Shown here piece by piece: positions 56,251 to 64,000 of a stretch of 64,000 nt of DNA. The translations under genes were made by a program, and so were the position numbers. The notes under the pieces are model-generated. The model was given only the letters and a program-made list of their open reading frames with translations, was not told where the DNA came from and searched no databases. This DNA is from an uncultured virus (IMG/VR IMGVR_UViG_3300037132_000149). Its lineage: Duplodnaviria; Heunggongvirae; Uroviricota; Caudoviricetes. The first letter of the stretch is position 1. The number at the start of each line of letters is the position of its first letter. The stretch is from the IMG/VR virus record IMGVR_UViG_3300037132_000149, positions 1 to 64,000 of that record, one strand, 5' to 3'.

Positions 56251-56505
56251 TTACCGAAGGTGAATAAAACCCAGCGCACTCAGCGCCACCAGGGTCGCCG
56301 GCACGCCCGCCAGAAAAACGATGAACCAGAGCACGCCCTTGGCGAAGCTCCCAAAGTTGCGACGTGTGGTGCTGAAATCCCGCCATTCGCCCACCATGCC
56401 CTCGTCTCCATCCTTGCCGAAAAGGATCGTGTCCACGGGCTTCGCCCACAGTTGCAGTTTCAAGAGCTCGCGCTGCGGGCTTTCGTGTCCCGGTTCATAC
56501 GGCAT
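56251..56505 (-). CDS. Small single-TM protein (holin/antiholin-like)
   Basis: C-terminal TM helix in the lysis region. Confidence 0.5.
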   Translation of the reverse strand: MPYEPGHESPQRELLKLQLWAKPVDTILFGKDGDEGMVGEWRDFSTTRRNFGSFAKGVLWFIVFLAGVPATLVALSALGFIHLR

Positions 56506-56571
56506 CTCTTCCCCTCAGTTGATCCCGTGAATGGTGAGTGTATCGCCAGCAGAGAAGTGAGTCTCGTTAGC

Positions 56572-59493
56572 TCATCGTCCGGTTACCGTGACGGTGGTTC
56601 CAACTACGAAATTGACACCCTGACCGTTCTGAATCTTGATTGCGTTAATCGCCGCAGTTGAGTCCCATTCTCCGCCAAAGTGCATTGCCATCAAATTTGA
56701 GGCATTGTTTTGACTTCCCCAACCCTCGCCCGTCACTGCTTTTGGCAATGTTGTTCCAGCATAATTCAATACAATTGCTGAAGCGCCACCTATAGTTGCA
56801 CATCCACTACTGCAACCACTAGCAGGGAAATTGTCAATCAGATCGATGAAAGCCACACCAAAACTTTGCAGATTAAATTGTGCCCCCGCAAGGGATTTTC
56901 CGCCTTGGTAACTGTAGTTATTGCCGGTGTCTCCATTGAATTGCAACTGGACATTGGTGCCAGAGCCGCTTGCTAGCACCCCACTGAAAGAGATTTGCAA
57001 ATCAGTGCAAGTAGCAGGGATTGATGAGATTGTGATACTGGTCGCCGGTGAGCCAAGAGTAGTGGAAATCGGCGTCATGCAGGCTGCACCACCCCCGCCT
57101 GAAGGCAGGTATCCGGTGCCCGATGCGTTCCAGTTCGTTCCGTCGTAGCAGATGTGCATCGGCTTGTTGGCGGGGATGCTGCTTGAGGCGACCAGCGTCG
57201 TCGTCCAGCCGCTCGAACCCGCCACGGCCACGCTTTTCGCACCCAGCGAGTTTACGTTGACCGTCAGCCCCGTGCCAGAGTTCGCCGTTGTCGTCGAATA
57301 GACCACGCAGTTGCCGGTCTGCGGCACAAACGTGTTGGCTACGGTGCAGCTTTGCGCGGTCCCGCTGCCGCTCGAATCGGCGCATAGCTGAGGCATGAAT
57401 CCGGTAACCGGCAGGTTGGTCTCCGCCGCTCCCGAGTTCTGCGACACGCTGGTGCCCCCGAGTCCGGTGCCGCAGGTTGGGCAATCGATGACATGGCCGG
57501 TGATTCGTATCGGTGAGGTCGCCGTGTAGTCCTGAACCTCGAGGATCACGTTCGAGCCTGTCACCTTGAATGTCCCTGGGGTGTAGCCGGAATCGGGCGA
57601 CGGCGCGGCCGCGTTAAAGTTCGGACTCGATACCCCTGCCCCATTGACGTTGACACTCGTCCCCGCCACGCAACCGCTAGTGGTCAGTGCGGCCCCGGTC
57701 CCGTTCGGGCAGATAGGCGCAGTCGAGGAAGTGATGCCCTGGATCACCACATTCCCGGCGCCGTCCACGGTGATGCCATTCTCCCCGTAGATGCCCATGA
57801 AGGCGTAGTTTGAAGCCGAAGAAGAACCCACAAAGTGGAAGCCGAAGAGTGCCGCGTTATTCGTGGACTCGGCGACGCCGGTCTCAATGTTGAGGTTCGC
57901 AGTGGCAGACGCATTTGCCGCCAGCACTCTCAATTGCGGAGCAAAGATTGAGCCGCTCGCTGAATTATTGAAGCTGCCGATCGCGTGGATGTCAGAACTA
58001 TAAACTTTGAAGGGGTTCAAATCGCCGCCGCCGTCGATCTGCACGCCCTTGTATCCGCTCGTGGTGCGAATCGTGAAGACCTGCGTATCCATCGCCGCAT
58101 TGAACCAGCTCTCGTAGTAGATGGCATCAGCAGCCGGAACGTGCACGAAGCCGTCGCCGGCGTTCGATACGCCCGGCCCCGCGCCGAAGTATTGCGGTCG
58201 CTTGTCGTAGGGCAGCGACGAGCCGGAGAGAATCGAACTCGACATGGTGTTCGAGGCCAGGTTCACGCCGCCGGCGCCAAAGCCGCCGTTTCCGGCCACC
58301 ATGCTCGAGTTCGTGGCGTCGTTCACCACGCGCCCGATGTCGGCAAAGATGTCCCAATACTGGCCGTTGGCCGCGGTCGCTACGCTCTTGCCCTGCAAGG
58401 GTAGCCACTGCTCGAGGGCGACGTAGGTCTGGTAGCCGGAGGTACAGATCCCGATGCCGGCCTGGTTGATGATGAAGGCGTTCGTGCTCCACTCGATCAC
58501 AGAACTGCCGTCAGTGTGGATCTTTGCCCAGAGCGACTGTAGCGCGGCCTCGATCGTCGCCGCCGAGTTGCAGCCGGCGCTGCTTGCTGCCACGTCGTTC
58601 TCTTCCTGGCCCAGAATAAAGTAGGTTGGCAGCCCCGTTACCGCCTCGCTGAGGGGATGGAGAAGGCTGGTGTAGTCGGTGTTCAGCTCCTGGAGCGTCA
58701 CCGGGCTCGGAATGACGACCTTGGTCGTCCCGATCCCGTGCAGCCGGCCCTGGTTGGTCGTGTTAAAGGGGAAGTTATAGCTTGCGATGGCCGCATTGCC
58801 GCAGGTCGATGAGCAGGACCCAGTGCCCGAAAAACTGAACTTGAACTGCGTGGTGGTCAGGCCGGACGACAGAACCTGAAAGAGCGTGTACCCCGTTGCC
58901 AGCGTCGTATGGGCCGGAGCCGAGAAGGCCGTCGTCCACGCGCTCGAGAAGCGCATATTCACCCAGTCACCCGCGACCATCCCGTTGGAGCCCGTGTTGG
59001 TCACGGTGCAGGTTCCCGCGGAGCAACTAAAGGTTGCCAGCGCAAAGGTCGGCTCGATCGCGTTTCCATCGTCGTCGTTCGCGCTGTCGCCGGCGAACAC
59101 AAATACCGAGTTGTTTGGGATGGGCAGGGTGTTAGCCGCGATGGTCACGTTGCCGATACAGCCGCCGGCCACGAACGGCGTGCAGCTCGTGTTCGTTCCT
59201 GGCAGGATCTCCGTGACCGCGCCGAAGGAGGAGCCGAGGCACGCCGACAGCGTCACGCATGGCGTCCACTGGCCCAGCGACGTATTGAACCCGTAAAAGG
59301 CAAAGGCCTGCGGCGTGCTTTGCGCAGGCTCCGAGGTCGATGGGTTGGTGATCTGAACCCACTGGCCGGAGGTCGGGTTCCACTGATAGAGCGCGATGGG
59401 CGTCGGCTGGAGCCCGATGACCTGGCCTCGCACACCGAGCGCAGCGCACGCGGCAAGCGCAACCAACCCGACAATCCTCGCGAGGTTTCGCAC
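56572..59493 (-). CDS. Tail fibre/spike-like protein with signal peptide and SGNH-like domain
   Basis: GTG start VRNLARIVGLVALAACAALGVRG-Q; FAGDS and ENDV motifs; Gly/Ser/Thr-rich fibre segments. Confidence 0.65.
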   Translation of the reverse strand: MRNLARIVGLVALAACAALGVRGQVIGLQPTPIALYQWNPTSGQWVQITNPSTSEPAQSTPQAFAFYGFNTSLGQWTPCVTLSACLGSSFGAVTEILPGTNTSCTPFVAGGCIGNVTIAANTLPIPNNSVFVFAGDSANDDDGNAIEPTFALATFSCSAGTCTVTNTGSNGMVAGDWVNMRFSSAWTTAFSAPAHTTLATGYTLFQVLSSGLTTTQFKFSFSGTGSCSSTCGNAAIASYNFPFNTTNQGRLHGIGTTKVVIPSPVTLQELNTDYTSLLHPLSEAVTGLPTYFILGQEENDVAASSAGCNSAATIEAALQSLWAKIHTDGSSVIEWSTNAFIINQAGIGICTSGYQTYVALEQWLPLQGKSVATAANGQYWDIFADIGRVVNDATNSSMVAGNGGFGAGGVNLASNTMSSSILSGSSLPYDKRPQYFGAGPGVSNAGDGFVHVPAADAIYYESWFNAAMDTQVFTIRTTSGYKGVQIDGGGDLNPFKVYSSDIHAIGSFNNSASGSIFAPQLRVLAANASATANLNIETGVAESTNNAALFGFHFVGSSSASNYAFMGIYGENGITVDGAGNVVIQGITSSTAPICPNGTGAALTTSGCVAGTSVNVNGAGVSSPNFNAAAPSPDSGYTPGTFKVTGSNVILEVQDYTATSPIRITGHVIDCPTCGTGLGGTSVSQNSGAAETNLPVTGFMPQLCADSSGSGTAQSCTVANTFVPQTGNCVVYSTTTANSGTGLTVNVNSLGAKSVAVAGSSGWTTTLVASSSIPANKPMHICYDGTNWNASGTGYLPSGGGGAACMTPISTTLGSPATSITISSIPATCTDLQISFSGVLASGSGTNVQLQFNGDTGNNYSYQGGKSLAGAQFNLQSFGVAFIDLIDNFPASGCSSGCATIGGASAIVLNYAGTTLPKAVTGEGWGSQNNASNLMAMHFGGEWDSTAAINAIKIQNGQGVNFVVGTTVTVTGR

Positions 59494-59509
59494 GTTCCGC
59501 CCTTTCAAA

Positions 59510-59803
59510 CTACTTCGGCCTGGCCGGCGCCGGTTTGGCCGCTTTGGCCGCCGCGGCGTCTTCCGCCGCGATCCTGTCCAGCCAATGCTGGCACTCCTGA
59601 ATTGCGCCGGCGATTGCCTGGACGTTAGCGATGGCCTGCTGTTGCTGCTGTTGTAACTCGAGCAGCCGCCGCTCAATATCTTCGCGCTTGACGACCGAGG
59701 CCGCCGTGGGCGCTGCCGGCGCTGGAGCAGCCGGCTTTGAATCCTGGGCGACGGCCATCAGGCAGGCACCCAGGAGCAGTACAAATATGGCCTTGCTGTG
59801 CAT
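59510..59803 (-). CDS. Secreted coiled-coil protein
   Basis: Signal peptide AVA-Q, Pro/Ala linker, Gln-rich coil. Confidence 0.7.
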   Translation of the reverse strand: MHSKAIFVLLLGACLMAVAQDSKPAAPAPAAPTAASVVKREDIERRLLELQQQQQQAIANVQAIAGAIQECQHWLDRIAAEDAAAAKAAKPAPARPK

Positions 59804-59814
59804 TTCTGCCGATC

Positions 59815-60999
59815 CTAGCTGGCGCCGGCGTAGACCCGCACGTAGGCGTCGGACCCGTTGATCTTCACCTTGATGTAGCCGGTAACTGCCGAGGACGCAC
59901 CCGAGCCGGAGATCAGGTAGCCGCCGCCGTTGTCGGTCAGATCCGCAAAGTACGCAGCCTTTGAGTAGCCATAGATCAAGTCATGGAAGATCGTCGCCGT
60001 GGTGTTGGTGACGACGATCCCGTCGCAGAACGCGCAACTCACCGAAGGGCCAGTCGCCCCGGCGTCGCTCCACAAGCCGCCAACGTGGGACGCAGAGGTC
60101 AGCGTCGCGGCTGAAAGATCGAGTTGCCCGAGCACGCCGAAATCCCAGGTTGAGCCGCTTACGGTCCCGGCCAGCACAAACTTGCCCTGCGTGCCGTAGA
60201 GGTAGCCGCTCGAGGCCGTGGTGCCTACCGGGATGGTTGCCAGCCCGCGCACGCCGGTCAGGTTGTTCCCGCCGTTCGCATAGCTCGCGTTCGATGTGGT
60301 CACGGATCCAACAATCGAGCGCACGTTGCCGGGCGCGGCTGCGGTCACCGTTGCGGCGGCCTGTGGGCCGGTTACGCCCAGCACCCCGCCCGAGCAGGCC
60401 TAGAACGTCCACGGGTTGGTGGTTACGTCGACCACGCCTGTCTTCGCGCTGCAGGTGGCCGCGGCGAGGATCGTCGCCGCTGTCACCGCCGAGTCCTGCG
60501 AGTGTATGTTTGCGACCAGCTTGTACCACTCGGGGCTCAGAACGACGGTCATCAGCGCAGGTTCATGCGTGCCGCCGACCGCGTTCAAAGCCTCCTGGAG
60601 GCCGCCCGTGCCAGACTGCAATGTGAATGTGGTGTGAGGGTTCACCGGCGCGATGTTGACGCCGCAGCGCAGCTCGCTCGGCACCAGGTAGCTCGACGGG
60701 GTCAGCACCTCGCTCGTGGCCTGGTTCTGGTCCTGAATCAGGATCGGAGCCAGGGCCAGCGTGTCGGCGAAGGCATAGAACGTCGGGCTGTCGGCAAAGT
60801 CCAGTTGCGTGACCTGGCACCCGTTTACATTCGAGAAGGTGTACGTGTTGGGCTTCTGGCCTTGAATAGCCCAGCGCCCGTAGTTATCCGCATACACCCA
60901 GGGCGGCGCCCCGGCCGGATTGAACCCCTGAGCGAATACACACGCCGTCGCCGTCAGCGCCAGCACCAAAACCGCGAGAAGCCCGGTAAAGGTCTTCAT
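59815..60999 (-). pseudogene. Secreted structural-like gene interrupted by one in-frame TAG at 60400-60402 (pseudogene, error or readthrough)
   Basis: Frame continues TTNPWTF*ACSGGVLG; the paralog has Tyr at about this position. Confidence 0.65.
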
Positions 61000-61044
61000 G
61001 GTTGCCTCGTTCCTTGTGGAGATTGGCCGTGCGCCCCTCTGCCA

Positions 61045-62052
61045 TCAATGGCAGAGGTAGGTCCAGGAGTACCCGGCGGTCGAGCTCGTGAGCCCGGCGG
61101 CGGGCGATGTCAGGGTTGCGACCGCAGGCGGCCCGATCACGGACGAGGCCACGGTAACGCCGGGGGCCACGCCGGTTGACGTGTAAACGCAGGTCGGGGC
61201 GTACTGGTACCCGCTCGTCGGCGAGCCGGCGGTGCCGGGCGAGGGCCAGGTCAGCGTAAAGATGGGATCGGCGGCCGTTGGAACCGCAGAGCCGGTCCTG
61301 AGAGTCACAGTCCCGGTCACGCTGTTGCCAGCGATCGCGATCGTCGGCGAGGTGCCGGCGCCCGTGCCGGCCGCGACCGTGGGAGGCGTTGCGCTCAACA
61401 GGTAGTATTGCGTGCCCGAGGCGTAGCCGCCCGAGCCCTTCCACACGTACTGCGTTGGCGGCGCCGTGGTGATGTCGACCACGATGGCGAAGACGCTGCC
61501 CTTGGCTGCCGCAATGATCGTCGCCGGCGTGGTCGAGGCCAGGGTCGAGTTCTGGGTTGAGATCCCGGTCACCAGCTTGTACCACTCGGGAGATAGGATC
61601 ACTTCCATCGCGTTCGCGGCCGTGAAGCCGCCCACCGAGTTGATCGCCTCCTGGAGACCGCCTGTGCCTGATTGCAGCGTGAAGGTCGTATGGTTGAGCG
61701 ACGGCGCGATGTCCACGCCGCAAGAGAGCTGCGTCGGCGTCAAGTAGGTCGACGGCGTCGCGAGCTCGCTGTTGGCTGAGTTCTGGTCGGCGATCAGCAC
61801 CGGAGCCAGCGCCACAGCGTTCGAGAACGCATAGAACGTCGGCCGGTTTTGAAAGTTGAGCTGCGTAATCTGGCAGCCGTTGACGTTCGAGAACGTGTAG
61901 GTGTTTGGCGACTGGCCTTGAATCGCCCAGCGGCCGTAGTTATCGGCGTATACGACGGGGGGCGAGCCGGCCGGGTTGAATCCCTGAGCGAGGACGAGAG
62001 CCGGCGTCAGCGACGCCAGCAGGATGACTGCGAGTGCGAGGAACTTCCGCAT
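61045..62052 (-). CDS. Secreted structural-like protein, paralog of 59815-60999
   Basis: RBS AGGAG; signal peptide VLA-Q; shared AQGFNPAG.PP.VYADNYGRWAIQGQ and SGTGGLQEA. Confidence 0.8.
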   Translation of the reverse strand: MRKFLALAVILLASLTPALVLAQGFNPAGSPPVVYADNYGRWAIQGQSPNTYTFSNVNGCQITQLNFQNRPTFYAFSNAVALAPVLIADQNSANSELATPSTYLTPTQLSCGVDIAPSLNHTTFTLQSGTGGLQEAINSVGGFTAANAMEVILSPEWYKLVTGISTQNSTLASTTPATIIAAAKGSVFAIVVDITTAPPTQYVWKGSGGYASGTQYYLLSATPPTVAAGTGAGTSPTIAIAGNSVTGTVTLRTGSAVPTAADPIFTLTWPSPGTAGSPTSGYQYAPTCVYTSTGVAPGVTVASSVIGPPAVATLTSPAAGLTSSTAGYSWTYLCH

Positions 62053-62133
62053 GTCGATTCTCCTGGTGACTGGTCGCCGCGGCGACCTGAGTCCTATTGT
62101 GGAATTGGCCTTACGAAGGGCCCTGCTCAAAAC

Positions 62134-64000
62134 CTACTCTACAATCTCCGACCAGCTCGAGATCGCCGGCGTGCCGCCCGAACCGCTCAAAGTTGCCGCG
62201 GTTGCGGAGAAGGTCTCGCCGGGGAGAACTTTGAAACTGATCTGCGATACGCCGGCGCAGATGTTATACACGCCGTTGCCCGCCTGGCCGGCGCCGTCGA
62301 TCGTGTACTCGAGCGCTGCCGCGTAGCCCGTGCACGAGCCGGTCACGGTCATGCCGACGAACTCCTCGACAGGCACCGCGCCGCTGTTGGTGTACGTGGT
62401 GCCCGACACATAGGTCGAGCCGCCGACGCAGGCAACCGACAGGCAGTCCTTGCGCACGCCGGTCACGGCATTAGTGCCATCGTTACAGACCGAATTGACC
62501 GGAGTTCCCACGGTCGAGAGGTTGTTCTGCTGGCAGGCGATCCCGGTCGAGAACAGATAAACCCCGTAAGGCGTCCCGCCGGCAAAGCCGGTCGAGAGGA
62601 TGGTGTTGTGCCGGACGACGCTCTGGACGCCTGCGGCCGCGAGGCCGGTCGCGTAGATAGCTGCCTGGTAGACGGTCGACGAAAACGCCAGGTGATTGTC
62701 GATGATCGAGACGGGGTTGAGGACGCCCCAGGTCGATCCCTCCTCGAGCTGAATCGCCGCGACCGGCGTGCCACTCATGGCCGTCATCGTCTCGGCGTTG
62801 TCATGGACAGAGACGGCCGTGCCAGGCTGCACGTAAATGCCGGCGCCAAAGTTGCCGGTGATGGTGTTCGGGCCCACATTGGCTGAGTCCACGCAGGTCG
62901 AGGTCTTGCCGTTGCACGAGATGCTGATTCCTACGCGGCCCTCGGCGACTGTCGTATCGCGCGTGAGTGTGTTGCCCGAGATCGTCGCCGAGATATTGGT
63001 GTTGGCGCTGGGTCCGCCCAGCGCCTCGATTCCGCTCATCGCGAAATTTGAGATGGTGTTGCCCGTGTAGCTCGAGCGAAGTCCGTCGGTCTCCATGCCC
63101 TGGCCCACGCCCACCATCACGTTGTCCGAGTAGGTCGCGTCGCTCGTCCAGCCCGTGCCGATGCCACTGAAGGCGTCCTGGGTGAGCAGGTTCGAGCTCA
63201 CCTCGAGGCCGATCACGCCCCACGGCTCGATCGCATCCGAATAGAAATTGGACAGGTTCATGTGCTTCACCTGGACGTTGTTCGCGCACCAGATGGCCAC
63301 GCCCACATTGTTGAGCGGGATGTTGGTGGTCGGCTCCCCGTTGTTGTTCCAGATTAGGGAGTTGTAGCTGCCCACCGAACTCATCGAAAAATCGTGCAGG
63401 TTCACGTTCGAGATCAGCGTCGTCACCGCCCGGCCGGTCGTCACGTCCTGGGGGTTTGAGACGGGCGACAGCGTGCAGCCGGGCGAGTAGATCTGCAGGC
63501 CCGCCGCGTAGATGCCGCTGATCGCCGTGCCGAACGTGGGATGGCCCGAGACCAGGACCGGGTCGAAGAAGAGTCGACCGCCGCCGGTCATCTCGAAGTT
63601 CGAGACCGCGACCGAAAGGTAGTCGGTGTTGATCGTCGAGTCGGTCGACGCGATGCGGCAGATGTGGCCGGCGGGGATGACGACCTGCCCGCCCAGCGCC
63701 GGATCCAGTGTATTAAGCAGCGCCTGGATGGCAGCGCGATCGTTGTGGCCGTTGCCGGTCGTCCCGTTCGAATCGCAGAACGCGCCGAAGTCGAGCACGT
63801 TCAGACCGGATCCGCAGGAGCCGATCAGGTCGAAATAGTTTCCGTCCGAGATCGGGCAACTGCCGGCCGCGCCGGCCTGCCCGTTGATCAGGTAGCCTTG
63901 CCGCGCGTTGACCGCGCCCGGCGTGCCCGAGCCTTCGACGTCGACGCCCCATGCGGGCAGCTTGGTGCCCACGCCCAGCGCGCCCAGGTTCACGATGTTA
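62134..64000 (-). CDS. Tailspike-like right-handed beta-helix (pectate-lyase-like) protein, 5'-partial
   Basis: NVLDFGA..D.......DRAAIQ motif and parallel beta-helix Asn ladders. Confidence 0.8.
   Translation of the reverse strand, partial: NIVNLGALGVGTKLPAWGVDVEGSGTPGAVNARQGYLINGQAGAAGSCPISDGNYFDLIGSCGSGLNVLDFGAFCDSNGTTGNGHNDRAAIQALLNTLDPALGGQVVIPAGHICRIASTDSTINTDYLSVAVSNFEMTGGGRLFFDPVLVSGHPTFGTAISGIYAAGLQIYSPGCTLSPVSNPQDVTTGRAVTTLISNVNLHDFSMSSVGSYNSLIWNNNGEPTTNIPLNNVGVAIWCANNVQVKHMNLSNFYSDAIEPWGVIGLEVSSNLLTQDAFSGIGTGWTSDATYSDNVMVGVGQGMETDGLRSSYTGNTISNFAMSGIEALGGPSANTNISATISGNTLTRDTTVAEGRVGISISCNGKTSTCVDSANVGPNTITGNFGAGIYVQPGTAVSVHDNAETMTAMSGTPVAAIQLEEGSTWGVLNPVSIIDNHLAFSSTVYQAAIYATGLAAAGVQSVVRHNTILSTGFAGGTPYGVYLFSTGIACQQNNLSTVGTPVNSVCNDGTNAVTGVRKDCLSVACVGGSTYVSGTTYTNSGAVPVEEFVGMTVTGSCTGYAAALEYTIDGAGQAGNGVYNICAGVSQISFKVLPGETFSATAATLSGSGGTPAISSWSEIVE

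Larger units (their letters stand above)
1..64000. mobile_element. Temperate podovirus-like phage/prophage; both ends lie outside the window
   Basis: Integrase, terminase, portal, capsid, tail, lysis and ejection-type genes in compact overlapping operons; no tape measure or sheath seen; no host housekeeping synteny. Confidence 0.92.

Noticed and set aside
60400..60402. Genome-wide TAG recoding
   Set aside because: TAG ends other genes normally (44554, 59815, 62134) and long genes are otherwise uninterrupted; no suppressor tRNA seen

Overview
The whole window is a GC-rich, podovirus-like temperate phage or phage-plasmid; no host genes, rRNA, tRNA or CRISPR were seen. The host is probably an Acidobacterium, inferred from recalled similarity of its receiver, Fis and HTH_17 genes. 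Layout: (i) 1-5818, leftward early genes, with a tyrosine integrase, Fis, ASCH and a mosaic duplicated segment carrying IS1595 fragments; (ii) 5959-19753, rightward early/middle genes, with an oriC-like DnaA-box/DnaA-trio cluster, GroEL, a cold-shock protein, a 37x24-bp repeat gene, host-like regulators, DUF5131, an HNH and a DNA methyltransferase that contains a complete out-of-frame HNH gene; (iii) 19767-64000, a leftward late operon running tailspike and secreted proteins, lysis, portal, scaffold, capsid, tail, ejection proteins, a 3683-aa polyvalent protein, then terminase. Top candidates for novelty: the giant putative injected protein with tandem RelA/SpoT, 2H-phosphoesterase, GGDEF, ParB and HAD domains; the dual-coded methyltransferase/HNH; the oriC-like unwinding element; and late tail-like genes bearing signal peptides. 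All family calls come from motif recognition by eye, not database searches.
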